Assembly: GCA_042218065.1 (NCBI GenBank)
Contig: JBDGRL010000005.1
Span: 338-64,337 of the forward strand
From: Candidatus Magasanikiibacteriota bacterium
GTDB taxonomy: Bacteria; Patescibacteriota; Patescibacteriia; Magasanikbacterales; UBA922
DNA length: 64,000 nt
Reading direction: 5' to 3'
Below, one piece after another: positions 37,970 through 48,398 of the stretch; within the stretch, counting starts at the first letter, position 1; the number at the start of each line of letters is the position of its first letter. A program made the translations under genes and the position numbers. The notes under the pieces are model-generated. The model did not search any database and was not told where the DNA came from. It saw only the letters and a program-made list of their open reading frames with translations.

Positions 37970-39598
37970 ATGAACCAACTGTCGGATCCTAAATATGTTT
38001 TTGTAGTAGGAGGGGTAATGAGTGGAGTAGGCAAAGGGGTTACTACAGCTTCTTTGGGTACGATTTTTAAAGCCAAGGGGTTTAATGTTACTGCTTTAAA
38101 GGCGGATCCTTATGTGAATGTAGATGCTGGTACTATGAGTCCTACGGAGCATGGGGAGGTTTTTGTAACTAAAGATGGTGATGAGACAGATCAGGATATG
38201 GGAAATTATGAACGTTTTCTAAATGAAGACCTCACTTCTACTAATTATATGACTACCGGGAGAGTTTATAGCAGTGTGATAGAACGGGAAAGGAGTATGG
38301 GTTATGATGGAAAGTGTGTGCAAGTGGTACCTCACATACCGGAAGAAATCATAAGAAGAATCGAACAAGCACAAGAAAAGGCGGAGGCAGATATTACTAT
38401 CACTGAAATTGGTGGAACGGTGGGAGAATATGAGAATATTTTATTTTTAGAGGCTGCAAGGGAGATGAAGCTTAAGAACCCGGAGGATGTCGCTATAGTT
38501 TTAGTTAGCTATCTTCCTGTTCCTGAGCATATAGGAGAAATGAAGACAAAGCCTACTCAGCACGCCTCTAGACAATTAAATGAAGCAGGTATCAACGCTG
38601 ATATTATAATAGGGAGAAGTAAAACTGAGTTAGATAAGCCGCGTTATGAAAAAATCTCGGTTTTTTGTGGCTTACCGAAAGATCATGTAATATCTGCTCC
38701 GGATGTAGATTCAATTTATCAGGTTCCTTTAAATTTTGAAGAAGAGAATTTAGGTAATAAATTATTGAATTCATTAGGAGTTAAAGGTAGAAACTCAGAC
38801 CTTACTGATTGGAGGAGATATGTGGAAAAACCCAAAGACGGAGAGGAGAAATTGAGTATAGCTGTAGTGGGCAAGTATTTTGAGACCGGTGATTTTACCT
38901 TATCTGATTCTTATATTTCTGTAATTGAAGCAGTAGAACATGCTTCAGCTTATACTGATGTGGATGTGGATTTGGAGTGGGTAGATTCAGAAGAGTATAC
39001 GGAAAACCCGGGAAAAGCTGAAGAGCTGAAAGAGTTCGATGGTGTCATTGTGCCTGGTGGCTTCGGAACTAGGGGGGTGGAGGGGATAGTTACTGCAATT
39101 GAAGTGGTTCGCAAAAATAATATACCTTATTTGGGGCTATGCTATGGTATGCAGTTGGCTTGTATAGAATTTATGCGCAATGTTCTTGAAAAAAATGATG
39201 CAAATTCAGTTGAGATAGATCCCGATACGACCCATCCTATAATTGATGTAAATCCACACCAGGAGGAAAATATAAATGAAAATAGGTATGGAGGCACTAT
39301 GAGATTAGGAGCATTTGATGCTCATTTAAAGAAAGACAGTAAAGTTCATGAAGCTTATGACAATGATGTAATCTCTGAAAGACACCGCCACAGATATGAG
39401 TTTAATAATAAATATCGTGATATGGTAGATGAAGCAGGTTTAAAAGTAGTAGGAGAAAATAAAGAAAGAAATTTGGTTGAAATCGTAGAGTTAGAAAACC
39501 ACCCGTTTTTTATTGGTGTTCAGTTTCATCCTGAGTTTGTTTCTCGTCCAATGGAACCTCATCCTTTATTTTTAAGTTTTTTAAGCAATTTAAAATAA
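37970..39598 (+). CDS. pyrG: CTP synthase
   Basis: GGVMSGVGKG, DPYVNVDAGTMSP, GLCYGMQ, ERHRHRYE, QFHPE. Confidence 0.98.
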   Translation: MNQLSDPKYVFVVGGVMSGVGKGVTTASLGTIFKAKGFNVTALKADPYVNVDAGTMSPTEHGEVFVTKDGDETDQDMGNYERFLNEDLTSTNYMTTGRVYSSVIERERSMGYDGKCVQVVPHIPEEIIRRIEQAQEKAEADITITEIGGTVGEYENILFLEAAREMKLKNPEDVAIVLVSYLPVPEHIGEMKTKPTQHASRQLNEAGINADIIIGRSKTELDKPRYEKISVFCGLPKDHVISAPDVDSIYQVPLNFEEENLGNKLLNSLGVKGRNSDLTDWRRYVEKPKDGEEKLSIAVVGKYFETGDFTLSDSYISVIEAVEHASAYTDVDVDLEWVDSEEYTENPGKAEELKEFDGVIVPGGFGTRGVEGIVTAIEVVRKNNIPYLGLCYGMQLACIEFMRNVLEKNDANSVEIDPDTTHPIIDVNPHQEENINENRYGGTMRLGAFDAHLKKDSKVHEAYDNDVISERHRHRYEFNNKYRDMVDEAGLKVVGENKERNLVEIVELENHPFFIGVQFHPEFVSRPMEPHPLFLSFLSNLK

Positions 39599-39692
39599 AT
39601 GAACTGGATTGATTTATTATATCCAAGTTAGAAGTGTGAGGTGATTTAATTACCTTAGGTTTTTGTGTTTACTTATTAATTTATCTTACTAA

Positions 39693-40880
39693 ATGTCTAA
39701 TTTAAAAATATCTGAAGAACTTATAGGTCCAGCAGCTTTTGGGGTTAAGATGGGGGTTATTCTACCGGAAACTAATGTGAAAAAGAAAATAATTGAAAAA
39801 ATAAAAACTATAGACGATAAAATACTGTCCGAAGGAGATACTCTTTGTATAACTGAAAATATAGTTGCTAGAACCCAAAATAATTATGTTACTGTAGATG
39901 AAATTGCTGAGGATGTTAGGAATAAGCTGGGTATTGACTCAGATTCTAATTTGGGGATTGTTTTTCCTATTTTAAGTAGGAATAGGTTTTCTATGATTTT
40001 GCAGTCCTTAGCTAGAGCTGTAAAGGATGGCAAGCTTTCTTTACAGCTTTCTTTTCCTGATGATGAGGTTGGAAACCCGATTATTAATCGTGAAATAATG
40101 AATAATTTAGGTAAAAATGATAGAGATAATATAGAGTATAATGAAATAAAGGATATAGACTTTCAGCACCCTCTTACGGAAGTTAATTACTTAGATTATT
40201 ATAAAGATATAATTGAAAGGGAAGGTGCGGAAGCTGATATATTCTTAAACAATGATCCAAGTGAGATTCTGAAAAGAAAATTAGATGGAGTTATAGCAGC
40301 TGATATTCATACTAGAGAAAAAACTAAGCAAATATTAGATAAAGATTATCTTACTTGCACAACATTGGATGAAATATGCAATGAAGGTGAAAACTCCTCT
40401 AAATGGGGTCTTTTAGGAACTAATATGGCTTCTTCTGACAGGTTGAAACTTCTTCCTCAGAACGGAGATAAATTTGTTCATGAAATACAGGATAAAATTT
40501 TGGAGGAGACTGGAAAAAAGGTTCATGTTTTGATTTATGGTGATGGTGCATATAAAGATCCGAGTAGTGGTATTTATGAACTTGCCGATCCCAGTGTAAC
40601 ATTTGGTGCTACTGATTCATTGAAAAACAAATATAGAAGAGGTGTAAAATATAAGCTTCTTGCTGATAAATTTCATGAAGAAGGGTTAAGTGAAGAGGAA
40701 ATTGAAGAAAAGATACGAGAAAAACATAAAGAACATGAGGAAACCAAGCGTGAAAGTGATATTGAAGCAGAGGGCACAACACCAAGAAAAATTACTGATG
40801 TTCTTGGGAGCTTGTCTGATTTGGTGAGTGGTTCAGGTGATGCTGGCACACCAATAGTGTTGATAAAAAATTTGTTTTAA
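39693..40880 (+). CDS. Coenzyme F420-0:gamma-glutamyl ligase-like protein (Firmicutes-type long form)
   Basis: ITE.IVARTQ.NY, PILSRNRF, DEVGN, YGDGAYKDP..IYELADP, GTTPR..D.LGSL.DL.SGSGD.GTP. Confidence 0.8.
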   Translation: MSNLKISEELIGPAAFGVKMGVILPETNVKKKIIEKIKTIDDKILSEGDTLCITENIVARTQNNYVTVDEIAEDVRNKLGIDSDSNLGIVFPILSRNRFSMILQSLARAVKDGKLSLQLSFPDDEVGNPIINREIMNNLGKNDRDNIEYNEIKDIDFQHPLTEVNYLDYYKDIIEREGAEADIFLNNDPSEILKRKLDGVIAADIHTREKTKQILDKDYLTCTTLDEICNEGENSSKWGLLGTNMASSDRLKLLPQNGDKFVHEIQDKILEETGKKVHVLIYGDGAYKDPSSGIYELADPSVTFGATDSLKNKYRRGVKYKLLADKFHEEGLSEEEIEEKIREKHKEHEETKRESDIEAEGTTPRKITDVLGSLSDLVSGSGDAGTPIVLIKNLF

Positions 40881-40904
40881 GTAGTTGCTTAGATAATTAG
40901 AATT

Positions 40905-40939
40905 AAAAAACCGCCATGATTTATTTGTGGCGGTTTTTT
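40905..40939 (+). terminator. Intrinsic terminator
   Basis: AAAAAACCGCCA...TGGCGGTTTTTT. Confidence 0.75.
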
Positions 40940-41008
40940 ATTAAACACTTTTTTGTCTTTTTGATATTTTCAGAATAGCTCCTTTACTCGACAACAAAGG
41001 AGGGAAAA

Positions 41009-41356
41009 ATGAGAAAGAAAATCTTCGGGTTTTTTAAGTCATTTTTTAATTCTCTTTTTCGCGATTCCCAATCAGGAGTTAGTTGGAGAAAAATTAAAGA
41101 AAAATCAAAAAAATTTAATAGAAACTCTAAGGGTGACGAATTGATTTTTGCAGTTAGGTCTTTTGACGAACCAGTAATTGAAGTTTCTCCGGAAAAAAGG
41201 TCTTGAGATAATACGGTAAAAATATCTCAAGAAAAGTTTAATAATATTCCTGATATTCCCGGTGCTAGGTTTGAAGATTATATCGTTTTGAAAAAAGACA
41301 AAGAAAGAAACAAAGCGTATATTACTCCCGAAGATAAAATCTCTTTTGAGGGTTGA
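41009..41356 (+). pseudogene. SD-led orphan gene interrupted by an in-frame TGA
   Basis: AGGAGGG-aaaa-ATG. After TGA 41204-41206 the same frame stays open 49 codons to TGA 41354-41356, then a terminator at 41377-41410. Confidence 0.55.
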
Positions 41357-41551
41357 AAACTTAAAGCTAAAGAAAAACCGCAAGAACTGCTGCCTTGCGG
41401 TATGTTTTTGTTTGTATCTGTTTTTTAAATCATATCAATTATGAAAAAAACTGTAAAATCTCATTCGTTCATACCTCCTTAGCTTAACGTTAGTGTTAAA
41501 TATATTTGTAAGACCCTACATTCAAAAGTATTTCACTATAATTTTTAAACC

Positions 41552-42916
41552 TTATTTTTTTGAAACTTTTTGCCCCTCTTCGGTATCTCTCACCTCATAA
41601 CCTTTAGCTTTGATTTCAGCTCGCAGCTTATCGCTTCTTTCCCAGTTTCCTGCTTCACGAGCTTCGGCTCTCATTTCTAAAAGCTCTTGTACTTCTTCTG
41701 GTATTTTTACTTCTTTTTCTTTTAGTTCTAACAGGTCTAAACCGAGAATTTTATCAAATTTAGAGATTAAATTTCTACTAATTCTGTCTTGCTCAAATCC
41801 TTTCCAGAGTACAGATAGTGCTTCTGCAGTATTTAGGTCGTCGTTTATAGCTTCCATAAACTCTTCTTCAAGTTTTGGATCACCGGGTTTATTTTTATCT
41901 AAGCTGTTTGTCTTTCTTCTTAGCTTCTTAAGTCCTTTTTCGGCTGCCTTCAAAGCGTCCCGGGTAAAATTTAATTCTTTACGATAATGAGATTGTAGTA
42001 AAAAGTAACGGAAAGCTAAGGGTTCGATACTTTTATTTTTAATATCTTTCATAGTTACAAAATTGTTTTTTGATTTACTCATTTTCTCATCTTTGACTTG
42101 TAGGAACTCTACATGCATCCAAAAATTAACCCATGGCTTTTTGCTTGTTGCAGCTTCGGATTGTGCTATTTCATTGGTGTGATGTACTGGTATATGATCA
42201 ACTCCCCCCCAGTGTATATCGAATTGTTCACCCAAATATTCCATTGACATTGCTGAACACTCTATATGCCAGCCTGGGAACCCCATCTTTTCGAAAGCTT
42301 TCCACTCCATTTGTCTGTCTTTGTCTTCAGGTGAGAATTTCCACAAGGCGAAATCATGCTTATTTTTCTTTTCTTTCATCTCGACTCTAGCACCCGGATC
42401 TAAATCCTGCTCTTCGAGATTAGCTAATTTTCCATAATCATCTAATTTAGTAGTATCAAAATAAATTCCATCCGAAGTTTCATAAGTATAGCCCTTATCT
42501 ATTAATTTTTGCACCAGATTTATCATCTCTTCTATATGTTCAGTTGCTATAGGCCATTTATCTGGAGGTAAGATATTTAAGTCACTTACATCTTTTTTGA
42601 AGGCTTTGGTATAAAATTCGGCTATTTCCTCTGCTGATTTACCTTCGCGTCTCGAGCCTTGTTCCATCTTATCTTTACCTTGATCCGCATCATCAGTGAG
42701 GTGCCCAACGTCGGTTATATTCATTATATATTTGACATTGTGGCCTTTATATTTCAAAACTCTATATAAAATGTCTTCTGTGGTAAAAGCTCGCAGGTTA
42801 CCTATATGTACATAATCATATACAGTAGGCCCACATGAATACATCTTAACTTGGTCATCTTCTCGGGGTATAAATTCTTCTTTTGATTTTGTTCTGGAGT
42901 TATATAGTTTTAGCAT
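41552..42916 (-). CDS. cysS: Cysteine--tRNA ligase
   Basis: CGPTVY, HIGN, PGWHIECSAM, KMSKS. Confidence 0.98.
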   Translation of the reverse strand: MLKLYNSRTKSKEEFIPREDDQVKMYSCGPTVYDYVHIGNLRAFTTEDILYRVLKYKGHNVKYIMNITDVGHLTDDADQGKDKMEQGSRREGKSAEEIAEFYTKAFKKDVSDLNILPPDKWPIATEHIEEMINLVQKLIDKGYTYETSDGIYFDTTKLDDYGKLANLEEQDLDPGARVEMKEKKNKHDFALWKFSPEDKDRQMEWKAFEKMGFPGWHIECSAMSMEYLGEQFDIHWGGVDHIPVHHTNEIAQSEAATSKKPWVNFWMHVEFLQVKDEKMSKSKNNFVTMKDIKNKSIEPLAFRYFLLQSHYRKELNFTRDALKAAEKGLKKLRRKTNSLDKNKPGDPKLEEEFMEAINDDLNTAEALSVLWKGFEQDRISRNLISKFDKILGLDLLELKEKEVKIPEEVQELLEMRAEAREAGNWERSDKLRAEIKAKGYEVRDTEEGQKVSKK

Positions 42917-43046
42917 TTTATTTTTTGTAAGTGCTTTTATTATATTTTCAAATTCTGTTTTTGTAAAGCCTCAATTTTAGGACTTTTATATGTTTGTGTT
43001 ATAATTTCTATAGAAATATTCGTTTTATTAATATCAAAATACTTAA

Positions 43047-44180
43047 ATGTCACTTTTTGGTAGTGAGGAACAAACTTACGTGGGGGTTGATATAGGCTCT
43101 GGAGGTATTAAGGTTGTTGAGCTTAAAGAAGAAAAAGAAAGACCTCAGCTTTGGACTTATGGTATGGTGGAAAATCCTATTGATATCCACCTTGATACTG
43201 CTGACTCCACTCCTGAAGAACATACAAAAGAAAGTGGAGATATTGTTTTGCCAGAAGATCAGGATAATAATACCCCGGAAGAAATGCAGTTGGATGAAGA
43301 GAAGGTTAATAAGTGTGCAGGCACTTTGGAAAAATTGATAAAACAATCAAAGGTGAAAGGCGATGAGGTTACTGCTAGTTTACCGGTATCTTTTGTTTTT
43401 CATACAATAGTGACGGTTCCGGAGATGGAAGAAGATGATTTGAGTGAAGTTATAAAAGCAGAAGTAGATAAATTAATAAACAGGCCTGTGGATGAGATGC
43501 AAATTGTACATAGAGAAATACCAAACAGTGAAGATAGTGATTACCAGAGGTTTTTAGTAACTGCAGCCCCAAAAAAATTGGTAAAGTTCTATTCTGCAAT
43601 ATTTCAAAAAGCAGGCTTGCAGCTACAGGAGTTAGAAACCGAGGCTTTTTCTTTGCAGAGATCACTGGTAGGTGATGATCCATCTACGGTTCTGGTTGTA
43701 GATATTGGTACTGAAAGATCTAATTTTTTTATTATGGATCAAGGGTTGCCTATGACACATAGAAGCATAGAAGTAGGGGGTGAGACTATTGATACTATTT
43801 TATCTGATATAACTGACTTAAAACAGCAGGATATTACACAAGTAAAGAAAGATGTATCACGTTTACAGGAGCAGGATATAGATCCGAGTCCGTTTGAGCA
43901 ATTAACAGATCCTCTTATAAAAGAAATAGAGTATGGTTTTGACCTTTATGCTCATCAATCGGGAAATGAAAACAAAAGACCGGAAAAAATTATACTCACA
44001 GGAGGTTCTTCATTTTTCCCACCTATAGCCAAAGCACTAAGGGATTATTTTGATATGAAAGTATTTATTGGGGACCCTTGGGCTCATGTAGTTTATCAGC
44101 AAGGATTGAAGCAAATTTTAGATGAGATAGGCCCTAGAATGTCTGTTAGTATAGGTTTAGCTCTCAGAAACTTAGTATAA
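43047..44180 (+). CDS. pilM: Type IV pilus assembly protein PilM
   Basis: VGVDIGSGGIKVVEL, VDIG, IILTGG, IGLALR. Confidence 0.9.
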   Translation: MSLFGSEEQTYVGVDIGSGGIKVVELKEEKERPQLWTYGMVENPIDIHLDTADSTPEEHTKESGDIVLPEDQDNNTPEEMQLDEEKVNKCAGTLEKLIKQSKVKGDEVTASLPVSFVFHTIVTVPEMEEDDLSEVIKAEVDKLINRPVDEMQIVHREIPNSEDSDYQRFLVTAAPKKLVKFYSAIFQKAGLQLQELETEAFSLQRSLVGDDPSTVLVVDIGTERSNFFIMDQGLPMTHRSIEVGGETIDTILSDITDLKQQDITQVKKDVSRLQEQDIDPSPFEQLTDPLIKEIEYGFDLYAHQSGNENKRPEKIILTGGSSFFPPIAKALRDYFDMKVFIGDPWAHVVYQQGLKQILDEIGPRMSVSIGLALRNLV

Positions 44181-44213
44181 TTGCAGAATTTCTCACTTTA
44201 ATATATAATAACA

Positions 44214-44591
44214 ATGAGCTCTGAAGCTGATGTTTTACATATTGATAATGATAGCCACTTTCTAGATATTTACCAAGACTTCTTGTCAGAAAGAGGATTG
44301 GAGGTACATACTTGTAAAAATGAAGAAAGAGGTTTCCGTGCTGCAAAAAATAAAAATCCTAAATTAATTTTGCTAGAAGTAGTGTTGGAAGATATGAATG
44401 GTTATGAATTACTGGAAGAATTGAAGCAAAATGGAGAGACGAATTACATTCCCGTAATAGTACTGTCAAAACTGGGACAAAAAAGAGATCTACAAAAGGC
44501 CAGAGACCTGAACGCTAACGGGTATATTATCAAACAACATGTCAAACCTAGGGACGTTGTAAGATATATAAAACAAAATTTTATTAAATAA
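44214..44591 (+). CDS. Single-domain response regulator, atypical (Glu at phospho-acceptor site)
   Basis: HIDND...PKLILLEVVL..MNGYELL..IPVIVLS..YIIK. Confidence 0.85.
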   Translation: MSSEADVLHIDNDSHFLDIYQDFLSERGLEVHTCKNEERGFRAAKNKNPKLILLEVVLEDMNGYELLEELKQNGETNYIPVIVLSKLGQKRDLQKARDLNANGYIIKQHVKPRDVVRYIKQNFIK

Positions 44592-44597
44592 CATCTT

Positions 44598-45056
44598 ATG
44601 TCAAAAAATAAACCAAAAGGATTTACTTTAATAGAGTTACTAGTTGTAATAGCGATTATAGGACTTCTTTCAACTTTGGCTGTGATTGCTCTAGGTTCAG
44701 CAAGAGAAGAGGCTCGTGATCAAAATAGATTGTCAGATCTTAAGCAAATTCAGACTGCTCTAGAGATTTACTTTACAGAGAACAATCAGTATCCTGTTGC
44801 TAAAGAAGGGGTGGTCTTAGGTGGAAATAAAGCAAAATGCTTAAACCCAGAGAAAGGCTTTACTCGTTCTGGTTGTGATAATTCTTTAAGTAAAATACCT
44901 TCCGATCCGGGAGAAAATAATTATGTTTATAGTTCCGAGGAGGGTGATACTTACACAATACGAGCCAGGCTTGAAGGAAAAACAAATGGACTTCAAGCTG
45001 GTCCTATAGTTGTTACTCCTTCGGGAATTAAAAACGCTGAACAGAAAAGTAATTAG
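44598..45056 (+). CDS. Type IV pilin / GspG-like
   Basis: KG|FTLIELLVVIAIIGLL, ARD..R.SDL..IQ.ALE.Y, P.DP. Confidence 0.92.
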   Translation: MSKNKPKGFTLIELLVVIAIIGLLSTLAVIALGSAREEARDQNRLSDLKQIQTALEIYFTENNQYPVAKEGVVLGGNKAKCLNPEKGFTRSGCDNSLSKIPSDPGENNYVYSSEEGDTYTIRARLEGKTNGLQAGPIVVTPSGIKNAEQKSN

Positions 45057-45069
45057 TTTGGAATAAAAT

Positions 45070-45840
45070 ATGGAAATTTGGGGTTTTTTAGCTAGTTTTG
45101 TTTTAGGTGCTGGATTTGGGAGTTTTTTGAATGTTTTAGTTTATAGGTCAAAAAAAGAAATTTCTCTATTAGAGCCTAGTTCTTTTTGTCCTAACTGCGA
45201 AGAAAAGATCAGGTGGTACGATAATATCCCTATACTTAGCTTCTTATTATTAGGTGGTAAATGCAGAAACTGTAAAGAGGAGATTTCATGGCAGTATTTT
45301 TTGGTAGAGCTCTGGTTGGCTCTAGTTTTTTTATTTATATGGAGGTTTCATGGTTTAGATTCGGGTGTAATTATTATACTACGTGATTGGTTTACTGTTT
45401 TTGTTTTGACCTTCATTTTTACTTATGACTTGCGTTATCAGCAGATACTGGATAGGGTTACCATACCTGCAATCTTGATTATTTTTTTTGTAAATGCTTT
45501 TTTCGGCTGGGTGGGAGCAACTGCCATGATACTGGGTGCGGCTGTAGCAGGTGGCTTTTTCTTACTGCAGTTTGTGGTATCGAGAGGGAGATGGATCGGG
45601 GGAGGCGATATCCGTTTAGGGGTATTAATGGGGGTGATCTTAGGGTGGCCGGAAGTGTTATTAGCCTTGTTTTTAGCTTATGTCATCGGTGCTGTAATAA
45701 GTATTATTCTACTTATTTTTAAAGATAAGAGTTTTACTAGCAAAACACCTTTTGGGGTGTATTTATCAATAGGTACTTTTATAGCTTTATTTTTTTATGA
45801 TGAAATTTTAAATTGGTATTTAAATCTTGTCTTGTTTTAA
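45070..45840 (+). CDS. pilD: Prepilin peptidase
   Basis: GSFLNV, CPNC...WYDNIP..GKCRNC, GGGD, PFG. Confidence 0.95.
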   Translation: MEIWGFLASFVLGAGFGSFLNVLVYRSKKEISLLEPSSFCPNCEEKIRWYDNIPILSFLLLGGKCRNCKEEISWQYFLVELWLALVFLFIWRFHGLDSGVIIILRDWFTVFVLTFIFTYDLRYQQILDRVTIPAILIIFFVNAFFGWVGATAMILGAAVAGGFFLLQFVVSRGRWIGGGDIRLGVLMGVILGWPEVLLALFLAYVIGAVISIILLIFKDKSFTSKTPFGVYLSIGTFIALFFYDEILNWYLNLVLF

Positions 45841-45849
45841 TTTAAATTT

Positions 45850-47868
45850 ATGGCAGATAAAGAAATAAAACAAAAAGTAAAAAAGCTTAGAGAACAAATT
45901 AGGGATTTGAGGTATAGATATCATGTGGAGAACGATCCGGAGGTTACTGATGCTATGTATGAGGGTTTAATGGATGAGCTTAAACAGATAGAAGAAGAGC
46001 ATCCTGAACTAGTTACTGAAGATTCTCCGACACAGAGAGTAGTAGGTGAGCCGGCAGATGATTTTGATAAAGTCGAACACTTGGTTGAGCAACATTCTTT
46101 TAATGACGCTTTTGATAAGCAGGATATGTTAGATTGGGAGGAGCGTATGATGAAACGGTTGGAGAAAGAACTCGGAGAAAGACCAGATGATATGAATTAC
46201 ACAGCTGAGTTGAAGATTGATGGGATTCATATCGTTTTGACTTATAAAAATGGCCGCTTAGTAACGGGGGCTACTCGAGGCGATGGAGAAGTAGGGGAGG
46301 ATATTACACGAAATATAAAAACGATACACTCTATACCTTTAAAGATAGATGAAAAAGAAACCATGGTAGTTGAAGGGGAGGCTTGGATGAGTGAGAAGAC
46401 TTTAGAAGAGATAAATGAGAGAAGAAAAGAAGATGGCAAAGCTGAGTTCGCAAACCCTAGAAATGCAGCAGCTGGGACACTGCGACAGCTAGACCCAAAA
46501 GTGGTTGCTCGTAGAAACTTATCCTTTACTGCTTATGATATTACTTATGGACCTACTCCAGATACACAAGAAGAAGGGTTAAAAAAATTAGAGAATTTAG
46601 GTTTTCCTACAGAAGAAGATTGGGAAGTATGTGATGGGATAGATGAAATTATGGATACATATAATAAATGGGTAGACAGAGAAAAGACCGGAAAACCTTT
46701 TTGGATAGATGGATTAGTAGTAAAAGTGAATCAAAAAAGATATCAAGATATCTTAGGATATGTCGGAAAAGGACCTAGATGGGCTATTGCTTTAAAGTTT
46801 CCGGCTGAACAGGGTACTACTGAAATAAAAGATGTTTACTGGCAGGTGGGAAGAACAGGACGGTTAACTCCTGTAGCTTTATTGGAAGAGGTGGACTTAG
46901 CCGGCACTACTGTAACTCATGCTACTTTGCATAACTATGATGAGATACAGGAATTGGGGGTTAAAGTGGGTGATCAAGTAGTGGTTGAAAAGGCTGGAGA
47001 TATTATCCCTCAGGTAGTTAGGGTATTAGAGAAGATGCGGGACGGAGACGAACAAAAAATAGAAGAACCAAAAGAATGTCCTATCTGTGATTCGGAAGTT
47101 AAACGAGAAGAATTGAAAACTGAAGAAGAGTCAGCTGACCTGTTTTGTACTAACCCTGATTGTTATGCAAAAGAGCTCGAATCAATAAAGCATTTTGTAT
47201 CCCAAGATGCTTTCGATATAGAAGGATTGGGAGAAAAGATAGTTAAACAGCTATTGGATGAAGGTTTAATTAAAGATGCTGCAGATATTTTTACTCTCAA
47301 GCGTGGGGATTTAGAACCACTTGAAAGATTTGCCGAGAAAGCCGCTGATAATTTGGTGACCGCGATTGATGATTCTAAAGAGATATCCTTACCTCGGTTT
47401 TTATATGCCTTAGGTATAGAACATGTGGGAGATGAGACGGCTTATCTTTTGTCAGAGAATTTTGGCAATTTAGAAAAAATAAAAAAAGCTAGTAGAGAAG
47501 AGCTAGAAGAAATTGATGATATCGGTCCAAGAGTGTCACAATCAATAGTTGAATTTTTCAATGATGAAAAAAACCAAGAACTTATAGAAGAACTAAAAGA
47601 GAACGGGGTAAAAATACAAAATTTTCAGGCTGATACCACTGATGAATTAGAGGATGAAGTATTTGTTTTTACTGGAACTTTGGAAGATTTTACCAGAGAT
47701 GAAGCCCAAAGAGAAGTGCGAGAACGAGGAGGTGATCCTGCTAGTTCTGTCAGTTCCAATACTGATTATGTTGTAGTTGGTGATAATCCGGGCTCTAAGT
47801 ATGAAAAAGCAAAAGAGTTAGACATAGAGATATTAAATGAAGAAGAGTTTAAGGAGTTAATTAGTTGA
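45850..47868 (+). CDS. ligA: NAD-dependent DNA ligase
   Basis: ELKIDG, TRGDG, NPRNAAAG, zinc finger, HhH motifs, C-terminal BRCT. Confidence 0.98.
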   Translation: MADKEIKQKVKKLREQIRDLRYRYHVENDPEVTDAMYEGLMDELKQIEEEHPELVTEDSPTQRVVGEPADDFDKVEHLVEQHSFNDAFDKQDMLDWEERMMKRLEKELGERPDDMNYTAELKIDGIHIVLTYKNGRLVTGATRGDGEVGEDITRNIKTIHSIPLKIDEKETMVVEGEAWMSEKTLEEINERRKEDGKAEFANPRNAAAGTLRQLDPKVVARRNLSFTAYDITYGPTPDTQEEGLKKLENLGFPTEEDWEVCDGIDEIMDTYNKWVDREKTGKPFWIDGLVVKVNQKRYQDILGYVGKGPRWAIALKFPAEQGTTEIKDVYWQVGRTGRLTPVALLEEVDLAGTTVTHATLHNYDEIQELGVKVGDQVVVEKAGDIIPQVVRVLEKMRDGDEQKIEEPKECPICDSEVKREELKTEEESADLFCTNPDCYAKELESIKHFVSQDAFDIEGLGEKIVKQLLDEGLIKDAADIFTLKRGDLEPLERFAEKAADNLVTAIDDSKEISLPRFLYALGIEHVGDETAYLLSENFGNLEKIKKASREELEEIDDIGPRVSQSIVEFFNDEKNQELIEELKENGVKIQNFQADTTDELEDEVFVFTGTLEDFTRDEAQREVRERGGDPASSVSSNTDYVVVGDNPGSKYEKAKELDIEILNEEEFKELIS

Positions 47869-48389
47869 TTAAACTAGACCTATTGGATATAAAAATAAAA
47901 CAAGCCGACATAACAAATCAAACTACCGACGCTATAGTAAACGCAGCCAACTCCTCGCTTATGGGAGGCGGGGGAGTGGACGGTGCTATTCACTCGGCGG
48001 CCGGCTCTAACCTAAAAGAAGAGTGTAAACGTATTAGAGAACGTGAGTATCCTGATGGCTTGCCTGTTGGTGAAGCTGTTATTACTGACGGGTATAATTT
48101 GGAAGCGGATTATGTAATTCATACAGTTGGTCCTCGCTACAGTGAGGATGAGGATAGAGACCGCAAGCTACGAAATGCGTTTAAAAATAGTTTAAAACTA
48201 GCAGAAGAAAATGAACTAAGTTCTATTTCTTTTCCTGCTGTTAGTGCAGGAGCTTATGGGTATCCTACCGAAAGGGTGGCTGAAATTGCTAAAAAAGTTA
48301 CAACTGATTTTCAACCCAAAAGACTGGAAAAGATTATCTTTTGTCTTTTTTCTAAAGATGATTTTGAAGTTTGGGACAAATTATTTTAA
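47865..48389 (+). CDS. Macro domain protein (O-acetyl-ADP-ribose deacetylase, YmdB-like)
   Basis: DIT...DAIVNAANSSLMGGGGVDGAIH, VIHTVGP, FPAVSAGAYGYP. Confidence 0.93.
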   Translation: MIKLDLLDIKIKQADITNQTTDAIVNAANSSLMGGGGVDGAIHSAAGSNLKEECKRIREREYPDGLPVGEAVITDGYNLEADYVIHTVGPRYSEDEDRDRKLRNAFKNSLKLAEENELSSISFPAVSAGAYGYPTERVAEIAKKVTTDFQPKRLEKIIFCLFSKDDFEVWDKLF

Positions 48390-48398
48390 ACTTAAAAT

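Noticed and set aside
41204-41206. Genetic code 25 (TGA=Gly) as in Gracilibacteria/Absconditabacteria
   Set aside because: Conserved genes are intact under code 11 and several (15518, ligA, dnaX neighbours such as egtD-side tRNA region aside) end normally, with TGA used as a stop in the Mth938-like gene and ligA.
41430-41480. Strong SD AAGGAGGT on the minus strand downstream of cysS
   Set aside because: Followed only by ORFs of 3 and 9 codons; at most a remnant, no supportable feature.
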